The notes under the pieces were generated by a model, which saw only the letters and a list, made by a program, of their open reading frames with translations, ran no database searches and was not told where the DNA came from. Below are positions 1-11,996 of a DNA stretch of 64,000 nucleotides, in pieces (the first letter of the stretch is position 1; each line of letters starts with the position of its first letter). Origin of the DNA: Bryobacterales bacterium (lineage in GTDB: Bacteria; Acidobacteriota; Terriglobia; Bryobacterales; UBA6623); NCBI GenBank assembly GCA_965261065.1, contig OZ253444.1, positions 3,526,382 through 3,590,381 on the forward strand, written 5' to 3'. Position numbers and translations under genes: made by a program.

Positions 1-932
<932 letters not shown>

Positions 933-968
933 ATGTCCCTCGGAATCGAGATTTCGGTTATGGAAAGG

Positions 969-1571
969 TTAGGACGCGAGGGCTTCACGAATCACGCTCC
1001 ACAGCGCGGGAAGTCCCTCGGCCGTTTTGGCTGAGAAGGGTAGAACGGAGCCGACCTGCTGCTCGACCGTTCGAAGGGCTCGAACTCGCTCCGCTGCCTT
1101 TAATTTATCAGATTTCGAGGCCACGACGACGAACGGCTTTGCGTGAGCCCTCAGCCAGTCGCGCATTTGTTCGTCGAGCGGGGTCGCTCCGTGGCGGGAA
1201 TCGATGATCAAGACCACCAGGCGCAGCGGCTCTCGGTCGAGCAAATAGCTCTCGGCAAGCCGCCGCCAATCCTCGAGCGCCTTGCGGGAGACCTTGGCAT
1301 AGCCGTAGCCGGGCAGGTCAACGAAGTAGAACTCGCCGTCGATGCGGAAGAAGTTCAACGTGCGCGTGCGGCCGGGCGTACGGCTGGTTTGTGCCAGTTG
1401 ACGCCGGTCCAGGGGTCCTTCCGACGACTTGCGTCTTGTGCCGCGCAGCAGCAGCGTGTTGAGCAGGCTCGACTTGCCGACATTACTGCGGCCGACGAAG
1501 GCTACCTCGGGAAGACGGTCTTTTGGGAGTTGGCGCGCCGACGCGGCGCTCAGGACGAACTCAACGGACAT
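969..1571 (-). CDS. engB: Ribosome-biogenesis GTPase EngB/YsxC
   Basis: 200-aa ORF with G1 GRSNVGKSSLLN, G3 DLPGYGYA and G4 SKSDK. It lies 37 nt upstream of rho on the same strand. Confidence 0.85.
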   Translation of the reverse strand: MSVEFVLSAASARQLPKDRLPEVAFVGRSNVGKSSLLNTLLLRGTRRKSSEGPLDRRQLAQTSRTPGRTRTLNFFRIDGEFYFVDLPGYGYAKVSRKALEDWRRLAESYLLDREPLRLVVLIIDSRHGATPLDEQMRDWLRAHAKPFVVVASKSDKLKAAERVRALRTVEQQVGSVLPFSAKTAEGLPALWSVIREALAS

Positions 1572-1610
1572 GATTCGAGATGTTGCTTCGAGACTCAGGA
1601 ACGGAAACCC

Positions 1611-1689
1611 GCGGATCTCAAAACCGAGATCCGCGCTACGGGCTATCTGTCGTGATAGGCCGACCAGGCGGGCACGGCATGCCCCTACA
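1611..1689. repeat. Composite intergenic palindromic repeat (GCGGATCTC-AAAACC-GAGATCCGC hairpin plus GGGCACGGCATGCCCCTACA module)
   Basis: Both modules recur in the opposite orientation at 49968-50066. Located between the lon stop and the engB start. Confidence 0.6.
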
Positions 1690-1755
1690 TTTCAAGCGGG
1701 CCGACACTTGCAGGCGGAGCGGAGACTTCGTTCAGGTAACGCCCCGCTCAGACGG

Positions 1756-4179
<2,424 letters not shown>

Positions 4180-4464
4180 CAGGTCCTCCGCCGGAGCCTC
4201 GCTCTCATTGTAACGGGTGGTTGAAACGGGAGCTGCACGGGGGGGGCTTGCGCAGCGATTCCGCAACGCGGTCGGGCGAGAGCCGGGAAGTGATTGGGGA
4301 ACGAGCGAGTTAGGTGCGGGGCGAGCGGGGCGAGCAGATTCGCAGCCGGACGAGGGCCTCGGCGGGGCCCGAAGTCGGCTGCGGAAGACACCGCTACGCT
4401 CGGCTGCCGCTCGGCGGCGTGGTGGCAGCGCAGGATGGCAGGGAGAAAGAAAACCACCCGCTCG

Positions 4465-6015
4465 CTATGGCGAGGGCCCCGAGCCGTACGGGCAAGCCGC
4501 CGCCTGATACAGATCAGCCGCCATCGCGCGCGCCCAAAAGACTCGCGGCTTGCTGCGCCGCAGCGATGCCTTGAGATTGCGCGCAACAAAAACGTGGAAG
4601 AGATTAAAAGCCAGAAACACCGTCAACAGAAAGTTCTCGATCGCCGCGGGGTCGTGCTTATATACGTGGTCGGCGTGCCAGCCGTTGACTAACTCGTTGA
4701 AACCCTGATTCTCGATGTCCCAGCGTTGATGGCCCAACCTTACCACCCGCGCGGTCCGAACCTGCAGTGAGGAAAGGGTCGTCACCCACACCCACTCGCT
4801 GTGATGCGGATGCGGTTGGGAGTCGAGTTGCGAATACTGCTGCCAGCTCTCGACGGAACGAACCACCCGCAGCGGCTGCTGCACCTGCGGCCACGACACC
4901 AGGCCCTCGTGATCCCACCACTGGCAATCGCGACCTTGATAGTCGCCGCGTTGGGGCGCCGTGGTCGGCCACAGCCCTTGGACGTCTTGATAGAGGTTGC
5001 GGCGCTCGTCCTTGAGCACGATCACGGCGTCTTTGCCATGCCCCAATAAGAAGTTGATAAACGGGGCGGTGGCGTAGAGAGCATCGGCCAACACGACGTC
5101 AAAGGCTCGCGGATAGGTCTCGAGAACTCGCGCCAGCAAACGGTGCGCCGCGGCCATCTCGTCCTCGCCGGGCCGTTGCGGCTCGGCGTCGAGCAACAGT
5201 CGCAGCGGTTCGGAGCCGGGGGGCGCATCGGAGAGCAACAGCAGTGTGACTTGGCGATGGTAGTATTGCATCTGCTGGCCATCGCGGCGCTGCACGGTGC
5301 GCTTCAAGCATCCTCGACAGCAACGGCGGTAGCTGGCGTGAGACTCATGGCCGTCGAGCACGGCCACGCCCAGCCCGCCGATCCCGGGCAGGGCCTTGTT
5401 GCGCTTGAGCCGTTCGTAGACGTGATGAATCGCTGCCCGCACCGCGGCGGCATCGAGCCGGCTGTAGACGCGCCCGAGGGTGTCGGCGCTGGGCATCTCG
5501 CGGCCCAACCACTGTTTCCAAAACGGTGCGGGCGCTAGCGTCTCTAACGCGTTGAGGCTGCCCAGCCGTGTCCAGAACAGCACCAGCACCGACTGCAGCA
5601 CCACCCGCGTCGGGATGCGCGGCCGCGGCCTGGTGTCGCCGACGGCGGCCAGCAGCGAGTCCCGCAGACCGTAGACCTTCTCGGCGTAGTGCAGCAGGCG
5701 TCGAAGAACGTCATTCCTCCCGGCGGCTTCGGAGCCGCTTCCATTCACGCTCGGAGACCTCGTCGAGGAGCCGTTGGAGTTGCTGGTAGGCGGCCACGGC
5801 CTGGCGGACGCGGGCCTCCCAGTGGCGGGGCACAAACAGCTGCTGCAGTTGCCCTTGGCGATTCCGCACCAAATACAACGAGGCGTGAAGCTGACCGCGA
5901 GCACAGCGACAGGTGGGCTTGCCGCAGGTGCGTTGGCGGGGCGCCAGCGTGCCGTGCAGCAACCAGCGGCCATGGACGAGCTGCGCGATGCGGGAGCGGA
6001 GCCTACGTTCGGCAT
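4465..6015 (-). CDS. DDE transposase (IS4 superfamily); true N-terminus uncertain
   Basis: The C-terminal signature [27 protein letters not shown] is typical of DDE_Tnp_1-type transposases. The first ~100 codons of the listed ORF overlap ORF 5711-6049 in another frame and are probably not translated as shown. Confidence 0.75.
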   Translation of the reverse strand: MPNVGSAPASRSSSMAAGCCTARWRPANAPAASPPVAVLAVSFTPRCIWCGIAKGNCSSCLCPATGRPASARPWPPTSNSNGSSTRSPSVNGSGSEAAGRNDVLRRLLHYAEKVYGLRDSLLAAVGDTRPRPRIPTRVVLQSVLVLFWTRLGSLNALETLAPAPFWKQWLGREMPSADTLGRVYSRLDAAAVRAAIHHVYERLKRNKALPGIGGLGVAVLDGHESHASYRRCCRGCLKRTVQRRDGQQMQYYHRQVTLLLLSDAPPGSEPLRLLLDAEPQRPGEDEMAAAHRLLARVLETYPRAFDVVLADALYATAPFINFLLGHGKDAVIVLKDERRNLYQDVQGLWPTTAPQRGDYQGRDCQWWDHEGLVSWPQVQQPLRVVRSVESWQQYSQLDSQPHPHHSEWVWVTTLSSLQVRTARVVRLGHQRWDIENQGFNELVNGWHADHVYKHDPAAIENFLLTVFLAFNLFHVFVARNLKASLRRSKPRVFWARAMAADLYQAAACPYGSGPSP

Positions 6016-6049
6016 CCGAGAGATGAGAGCGAGTGGGGGCCGCCTTCAT
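5711..6049 (-). CDS. Small Cys-motif (zinc-ribbon-like) protein, upstream ORF of the IS
   Basis: 112 aa with [21 protein letters not shown] followed by a coiled-coil-like tail. Its 3' end overlaps the transposase frame. Confidence 0.5.
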   Translation of the reverse strand: MKAAPTRSHLSDAERRLRSRIAQLVHGRWLLHGTLAPRQRTCGKPTCRCARGQLHASLYLVRNRQGQLQQLFVPRHWEARVRQAVAAYQQLQRLLDEVSEREWKRLRSRREE

Positions 6050-6271
6050 GACTGGTATAATTAATATATATCAGAATAACACATGGGTCAAGTCCGCCGG
6101 GGGAATGCGAATCTGCTCGGACCTGGAGGACGAGCGAAAACACTTGCTAAATCAAATGTTTCCGACCCTCAAGAAATGTGGATGCGGAACCGCTGGGGCT
6201 TGCGGGCCTGCCGTCAGCGGCGCGGGCACGGCATATCGTGCCCAATATTTCGTGGAGATGGGGCGCCGGGG

Positions 6272-7552
6272 TTAGCCGGCCTTGTCGAGCAGGGTGAGGC
6301 TTACGTTGTGGTTCTCGACCATCTCCTTGGTCACCACGAACTTCTTGACCATCTTCTTCGACGGCAGGTAGTACATCAAGTCGAGCATCAACTCTTCCAG
6401 AATCATCCGCAGCCCGCGAGCACCGACTTTACGTTCCAGCGCTAGCGCGGCGATCGACTGCAGTGCGTCTTCCTCGAAGGTCAGTTCGATGTTTTCGAAT
6501 TCGAACAGCTTCTGGTACTGGCGGATCAACGAGTTCTTCGGACGGGTCAAGATCTCCATCAAGGCCGCTTCGTTGAGGTCGCTCAGAACCGTGCTGACCG
6601 GCAGGCGTCCGACGAATTCCGGAATGAATCCATGGCGGATCAGATCCTGCGGCTGGACCTGCGCAAGCAACTTGGCGTCTCTCTCCCCGCCTTCGAGCTT
6701 CCCGGGAGCGGGTTTTTCCTCATGGTTTTCAGCCGAGCGGAAGCCCACCACCCGATGGTTCAGCCGGCGTCCGATGATCTTCTCGAGCCCGATGAACGCT
6801 CCACCGCAAATAAACAAGACGTTCGTCGTATCCACTGGCGTGAACTCTTGATGGGGATGCTTGCGGCCTCCTTGCGGAGGCACGTTTGCGATCGTTCCTT
6901 CGAGGATCTTGAGCAGCGCCTGTTGAACGCCTTCGCCCGAGACGTCGCGCGTGATGGACGGGTTCTCGTCCTTACGGCTGAGCTTGTCGATCTCGTCGAT
7001 GTAGATGATGCCCTGCTGTGCCTTTTGGACATCGCCGTCCGCCGACTGCAGTAGCTTGAGGATGATGTTCTCGACGTCCTCGCCCACATAGCCCGCCTCA
7101 GTGAGCGTGGTGGCGTCGGCGATGGCGAACGGAACTTCCAGTATCCTAGCCAGCGTTTGCGCCAACAGCGTCTTACCAGTGCCGGTCGGTCCGATCAGCA
7201 GGATGTTGGACTTCTGCAACTCGACGTCGTCGTTCGAGCGCTGTTTCGTCATGAAGACGCGCTTGTAGTGGTTGTAGACGGCGACGGCGAGGTTCTTCTT
7301 GGCCCGCTCCTGGCCGACCACATACTGGTCGAGCTGTTCGCTCAGTTCCTGCGGCTTGAGGAGAGTCAACGCACCGCCGGCCGGCTGCTCGCGGCGGTCG
7401 TCCTCAAGGATTGAGTTGCAGACCGCAACGCATTCGTCGCAGATGTAGGCCTTGGGGTAGTCGCCGGGCGTGGAAATCAGCTTCCCAACAACTTCTTGGG
7501 TCTTGTGACAGAAAGAGCAGCGGAGCGTTTCGTCCGATCCGTTTCGCTTCAC
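6272..7552 (-). CDS. clpX: ATP-dependent Clp protease ATP-binding subunit ClpX
   Basis: 426 aa with an N-terminal zinc ribbon (CSFCHK...CDEC), Walker A GPTGTGKT and Walker [10 protein letters not shown]. Confidence 0.95.
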   Translation of the reverse strand: MKRNGSDETLRCSFCHKTQEVVGKLISTPGDYPKAYICDECVAVCNSILEDDRREQPAGGALTLLKPQELSEQLDQYVVGQERAKKNLAVAVYNHYKRVFMTKQRSNDDVELQKSNILLIGPTGTGKTLLAQTLARILEVPFAIADATTLTEAGYVGEDVENIILKLLQSADGDVQKAQQGIIYIDEIDKLSRKDENPSITRDVSGEGVQQALLKILEGTIANVPPQGGRKHPHQEFTPVDTTNVLFICGGAFIGLEKIIGRRLNHRVVGFRSAENHEEKPAPGKLEGGERDAKLLAQVQPQDLIRHGFIPEFVGRLPVSTVLSDLNEAALMEILTRPKNSLIRQYQKLFEFENIELTFEEDALQSIAALALERKVGARGLRMILEELMLDLMYYLPSKKMVKKFVVTKEMVENHNVSLTLLDKAG

Positions 7553-7741
7553 CCGAGACTCCTTGGGCCGGTGATGCCTTCAGTCGCTCGAAGCCCGGCG
7601 CGGGAACAGGCTGATTTCATCTTCAACTATCCTACGATTACCTTACCATGGCATCAGATCCAATCCGCAACAAACCTTAGGGGCCGGCTAGTCTTGGTTC
7701 GGGCCGGATCTGTAAGCCGGGCGCGTCCCGGGGGGACGGTT

Positions 7742-7753
7742 GGGGGGGGGGGG
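7742..7753. repeat. G12 homopolymer in the divergent clpX/pta intergenic region
   Basis: Read directly: t-gggggggggggg-t. Confidence 0.9.
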
Positions 7754-7993
7754 TGCTGGAACGCGATGCCTTTTCGGCGCTTCGAAAGCCGTCGGCCGGT
7801 GAACACCCCGCGGCATGATTTCGGCATCAGTGCAACGGTGGTTGGTCGTTCTAGGCCGCTACCCGTTCTGTGATGTGAACAGGCGCCCGGTTGGGAAGCA
7901 ACGGCCCGGCTGGATTGCGGCAAGAACCCCGCTCGACGGCTTGCGCCGCGCGCCATTGGTCATTCCAGACAAGCCTTCGCTAAGATCGGTGAG

Positions 7994-8968
7994 ATGTCAG
8001 TGTTCCTCGATAGCGTCGTCGCCCGCGCTCGCACACTCAACAAGCGGGTCGTCTTCCCCGAGGGCGACGATGAACGCGTTCAGGCGGCGGCTGAGCGCCT
8101 GGCCCGGGACCACGTCCTCGCACCCATCCTGGTCAGCACGAACGACAACGCGCCGGCGGGCGTGACCATCCTCCATCCCAAGACCTACGCTCATGCCGAC
8201 CGCCACGTGCGTCTACTCCTCGAGCGCCGCCGGGCCAAGGGCATGACCGAGCGCGAGGCGCGAGACACAGCCGCGCAGCCACTGTACTTTGCCTCCCTGC
8301 TGCTGGCCCACGGAGAAGCCGACGGTCTCGTCGGCGGCGCCGGCAATACCACGGCCGAAACCGTGCGGGCGGCGATCTACTGTCTCGGCATCAAACCGCG
8401 GTACCGGTTGATGTCGAGCTTCATGATGCTTGTCCATCCCAACGAGAGCTTCGGCAGCCGCGGCGTGCTCGTGTTCGCGGACGCCGCTGTCGTACCCGAC
8501 CCGAATGCCGGACAGCTCGCCGACATTGCCATTGCTACTGCTGAGAACACGCGCAAGTTCCTCTCCGACCCGCCCCGCGTAGCGATGCTTTCGTTTTCGA
8601 CCAAAGGGAGCGCCCGCCACCCCATGGTCGAGAAGGTCGCCGAGGCCGTGCGGATCGTGCAACAGCGCGCGCCCGAGCTCACCATCGACGGAGAGTTGCA
8701 GGCCGACGCCGCGCTGGTCGTGTCGGTCGGACGGAGCAAAGCACCGGGTTCCCCAGTCGCAGGCCGCGCCAACGTGCTCATCTTTCCCGATCTCAATTCG
8801 GCCAATATCGGCTACAAGCTCGCTGAGCGTCTCGGCGGCGCGCAGTCGCTCGGCCCGTTCCTGCAGGGGCTCTCGAAACCCGCCAACGACCTATCCCGCG
8901 GCTGCTCGGCCGACGACATCTACTACGTCGCCGCCATCACGGCTCTTCAGGCTCAGAAAGAAGTGTAG
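7994..8968 (+). CDS. pta: Phosphate acetyltransferase
   Basis: 324 aa starting [29 protein letters not shown]..., with the PTA_PTB-type core ...[14 protein letters not shown]...SFSTKGSA...[10 protein letters not shown]. Confidence 0.85.
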   Translation: MSVFLDSVVARARTLNKRVVFPEGDDERVQAAAERLARDHVLAPILVSTNDNAPAGVTILHPKTYAHADRHVRLLLERRRAKGMTEREARDTAAQPLYFASLLLAHGEADGLVGGAGNTTAETVRAAIYCLGIKPRYRLMSSFMMLVHPNESFGSRGVLVFADAAVVPDPNAGQLADIAIATAENTRKFLSDPPRVAMLSFSTKGSARHPMVEKVAEAVRIVQQRAPELTIDGELQADAALVVSVGRSKAPGSPVAGRANVLIFPDLNSANIGYKLAERLGGAQSLGPFLQGLSKPANDLSRGCSADDIYYVAAITALQAQKEV

Positions 8969-9022
8969 CCGTGGCGCTGGCGTTCGAGCTTGTCTTCCTC
9001 TGCCTCAACGGGCCGAGGCTAC

Positions 9023-9062
9023 CCGCTGCCACGCTGAGTGAAACTAGTCCTCGTGGCAGCGG
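9023..9062. terminator. Perfect 11-bp-stem hairpin between convergent pta and a small minus-strand ORF
   Basis: CCGCTGCCACG (9023-9033) pairs with CGTGGCAGCGG (9052-9062) around an 18-nt loop. There is no U-tract, so terminator function is assumed from position only. Confidence 0.4.
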
Positions 9063-9150
9063 TCACCCGGCCTCATGGAGGGCTGATACACGCAGCGCCA
9101 GCCTGTTTCCAAGACTTGCCATTCGCGGCACGGCATACGTTCCTGGTTAC

Positions 9151-10380
9151 TAGTATATCGTTTCAATAAAACATACTCATACAGCAACGGTTCCTGCTAG
9201 GCTGAAGGCATGGCAGGAAAGTAGAAGCGTCTCAAGCTGCAACTCAGCCCCGCAGAGGTGCAGCATCTGGAGCGGCTGCGTGGTTCGCGGACGGCTCCGG
9301 TTCGGGAGGTGCAGAGAGCTGAGATTCTGTGGCGTTATCATTCCGGCGAGACCATTGCCGAGATTATGCGAACCGTGAAGATGACCCGCAAAAGCGTCGG
9401 CAAATGGATCGATCGAGCCCTCGCCATGGGCGTGGAAGCAGCGCTCAAGGATGCCTATCATCGTCCCCAGCAGCCCCTCATCACCGCCGATGCCAAGGCC
9501 TGGGTGGTGCATTTGGCCTGTAGCAAACCCAAGCAACTCGGTTACGCCGCCGAACTCTGGACCCGCAGTGCGCTGACTCTACACGTGCGCCGGCATGCCG
9601 TGGAAGCAGGCTATCCGGCGTTGGACCAAGCGGCTAAGGCGACCGTCCACCGGATCCTGGCCGAGCAACCTCTGCATCCAGAGAAGGTGAAGTACTACCT
9701 GGAGCGTCGCGATCCCGATTTTGAGTCCAAGATGCGGCAGGTGTTGCTGGTCTACCGCGAAGTGGCTTGGCAGAATGAAAGCCCTCGCGACGGCCTCTCG
9801 CCGGAGGTGATCACGGTTTCGGTAGACGAGAAGCCCGGCGTGCAAGCGATCGCCAACGTCGCGCCGGACCTGCCGCCGAAGCCTGGGCGGCATCCCAGCG
9901 TGGCTCGCGATTACGAGTACAAACGTCTAGGAACTTGCTCGATTCTGGCGGCGCTGGACTTGCATAGCGGTCGGGTGACGGCGCGGGTGGAGCGGCGTCA
10001 CCGCAGTCGGGAATTCATCTTGCTGCTCCAGGATCTGGACCAATTTTACCCGGACGAGTGCACGATCCGATTGATCTTGGACAATCATTCCTCGCACATA
10101 TCGAAGGAGACGAAAGCCTACTTGGCGACGCGTCCGAACCGCTTCAAATATGTGCATACGCCCACCCACTGGTCCTGGCTCAACATAGTCGAGACGCTGT
10201 TTGGCAAGATGGCGCGCACATTCTTAAAGCGAATACGAGTCGAGTCCTGGGCGGAGCTTCGGGAACGAATCCTGAAAGGAATCGCGGAGATCAACGCCGC
10301 TCCAGTCGTTCACCGCTGGAGGAAGTTCGAGTCGCTTGAGGTCACCTAGAGTGGGTATGTTTTAGTGAAACTATATACTA
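9151..10380 (+). mobile_element. IS630-family element, type A (my label), copy 1
   Basis: The 1226-bp body (9153-10378) is flanked by TA on both sides. It has ~30-bp imperfect terminal inverted repeats (GTATATCGTTTCAATAAAACATACTCA / complement of TGGGTATGTTTTAGTGAAACTATATAC). A near-identical copy lies at 28149-29378. Confidence 0.9.
9258..10349 (+). CDS. IS630-family DDE transposase
   Basis: 363 aa counted from GTG 9258, with an HTH N-terminus and DDE contexts VSVDEKPG, LILDNHSSH and SWLNIVETLF. An upstream in-frame ATG (9210) is separated from the ORF by TAG at 9222-9224. Confidence 0.9.
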   Translation: MQHLERLRGSRTAPVREVQRAEILWRYHSGETIAEIMRTVKMTRKSVGKWIDRALAMGVEAALKDAYHRPQQPLITADAKAWVVHLACSKPKQLGYAAELWTRSALTLHVRRHAVEAGYPALDQAAKATVHRILAEQPLHPEKVKYYLERRDPDFESKMRQVLLVYREVAWQNESPRDGLSPEVITVSVDEKPGVQAIANVAPDLPPKPGRHPSVARDYEYKRLGTCSILAALDLHSGRVTARVERRHRSREFILLLQDLDQFYPDECTIRLILDNHSSHISKETKAYLATRPNRFKYVHTPTHWSWLNIVETLFGKMARTFLKRIRVESWAELRERILKGIAEINAAPVVHRWRKFESLEVT

Positions 10381-10699
10381 GGTTGTTCGCCAAGCGTGTG
10401 GTACAGGTAGTATCGTCGTAGCAGATCCCCTTGGGGACAGCAGCCGGAGGCGGCGGGCACGCCTGCAGGCCGACAATCACCACGCCCCCCGTCAAGAGAG
10501 CCGTGACAATCGAGTACTTCCACTCCTTCATGGTCTTCACCTCGGCGACCATTATGAGACGGGTACGTAGGTTTTGCAATGGTTACGCTCATCCCGTGGT
10601 TGCTTCGGTGCCGAGAGGTGCCGAGCGGTTGGGTATAGAGGCTAAGCGTTGTCCTTCCGACCCTGCGGCCCGACGAGGATGGCTTAGTATGATCGACGC

Positions 10700-11701
10700 A
10701 TGAAGATTCAAACCACGGTCGTGGGAAGCTACCCCATTCCCCGCTGGCTGTACGGCGACTCGTCCCGCACAACGCTCCGCGACGCCATTTCCGTTGTTCT
10801 CAAGACGCAGGAACTTGCCGGGATCGACCTTGTCGCCGATGGAGAGCTGAACCGTTTCGACCCCAGCCACCCCGAGACCAACGGCATGATCGACTACTTC
10901 GTGACCCGCATGTCGGGCGTCAAGACCCGCTACTCGATCAGCGACATCGAAGCGTTCCGGGCCGACGAGGGAATGAGCTTCCGCGCCGCCCCCGCAGGCA
11001 TCGTCACGGACGAAATCGGCGATGGCGTCCTCAACCTGCCCGCCGACTACGAGTTCACGAAGGAGCTGACGGCGAAGCCGCTCAAGTTCACCTGCACCGG
11101 GCCGCACATGCTGGCCAAGACCGTCACGGACCGCCACTATGGCTCCTACGACAAGGTGGCGATGGCGATCGCTACCGTCTTGCGGCGTCAACTCGAGCGC
11201 ATCCCGGCCGATGTCGTCCAAATCGACGAGGCCAACATTCCCGGTCACCCCGAAGACCAGGAATGGGCCATCGAGGCGCTCAATCACGTGCTCGACGGCA
11301 TGCGGACCACGCGCGCCGTTCACATTTGCTTTGGCAATTACGGCGGCCAGACGATCCAGAAGGGTCTCTGGGAGAGCCTCGTGCCTCTGCTCAACGGCCT
11401 GCACGTCAACCATTACGTGCTCGAGTTCGCACGCCGAGGCTACCAGGAACTACCCATCCTCAAGGACGTGGACTCCAAGATCGGCATCGGGTTGAGCGTC
11501 GTCGATATCAAGGACAACGAAGTCGAATCCGCCGACCTGATCGCCTCGCGCATCGAGAAGGCTTGCAGCGTGCTCGGCGAAGAGCGCATCCACTACATCC
11601 ACCCTGACTGCGGCTTCTGGATGTTGAAACGAAGCGTGGCTGACCGCAAGATGAAAGCGCTAGTCGAAGGGCGTGACTTGTTCTACGGGCGCAAGTCGTA
11701 G
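10700..11701 (+). CDS. Cobalamin-independent methionine synthase-like methyltransferase (short MetE catalytic-domain type)
   Basis: 333 aa starting MKIQTTVVGSYPIPRWL. Zinc-ligand contexts AVHICFGNYGG and YIHPDCGFWML are typical of the Meth_synt_2 domain. Confidence 0.75.
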   Translation: MKIQTTVVGSYPIPRWLYGDSSRTTLRDAISVVLKTQELAGIDLVADGELNRFDPSHPETNGMIDYFVTRMSGVKTRYSISDIEAFRADEGMSFRAAPAGIVTDEIGDGVLNLPADYEFTKELTAKPLKFTCTGPHMLAKTVTDRHYGSYDKVAMAIATVLRRQLERIPADVVQIDEANIPGHPEDQEWAIEALNHVLDGMRTTRAVHICFGNYGGQTIQKGLWESLVPLLNGLHVNHYVLEFARRGYQELPILKDVDSKIGIGLSVVDIKDNEVESADLIASRIEKACSVLGEERIHYIHPDCGFWMLKRSVADRKMKALVEGRDLFYGRKS

Positions 11702-11828
11702 GCGGGACAAGGCGAGGTGATGGCAGGCTGTCAAGGAACAGTTTGCAAGTCCCGTATTTTCCACAGGGGCGATGGTTGAACACCGAAGACGGTCTCGGTT
11801 ATAGGGGCTTCCGAGGGGCTCGATGGTC

Positions 11829-11865
11829 CGTGCCGGACCGCTCCCTTACGGTCACGGCTCGGTTT
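11829..11865 (-). repeat. Dispersed ~37-nt intergenic repeat, copy 1 (reverse orientation, variant)
   Basis: CGTGCCGGACCGCTCCCTTACGGTCACGGCTCGGTTT is the complement of the AAACCGAGCCGTGACCGT(C/A)AGGGAGCGGTCCGGCACG unit seen at four other sites. Confidence 0.8.
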
Positions 11866-11996
11866 CCGGGCTTGCGGTGGAGCCTTACGCTACGATTCGA
11901 CGCCTATACCTTCTCTGACCCAAACTATGCAAAAGTTAACGAACACCGCTCCCACCTTTTGTAACCGGGTCTCATAGGCGAGCGCCGAAATAGATA

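Larger units (their letters stand above)
4331..6119 (-). mobile_element. IS4/IS701-like insertion sequence in the clpX-lon spacer
   Basis: A 14-bp inverted repeat (CGAGCAGATTCGCA at 4331-4344, complement at 6106-6119) brackets two overlapping transposase-related ORFs. No target duplication was recognised, so the ends are approximate. Confidence 0.55.
9073..10531 (-). pseudogene. Small Cys-rich lipoprotein gene split by IS630-A copy 1
   Basis: MKEWKYSIVTALLTGGVVIVGLQAC... (lipobox LQAC, GAGGTG upstream) runs into the IS at 10381. Joining the flanks with one TA removed continues ...RLANNLVTRNVCRAANGKSWKQAGAACISPP to a stop at 9073. Confidence 0.4.

Noticed and set aside
7553-7993. A missing clpP gene upstream of clpX as evidence of rearrangement
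   Set aside because: Separation of clpP and clpX occurs naturally in various bacteria. No gene relic is visible in the 440-bp spacer, so there is no positive evidence.
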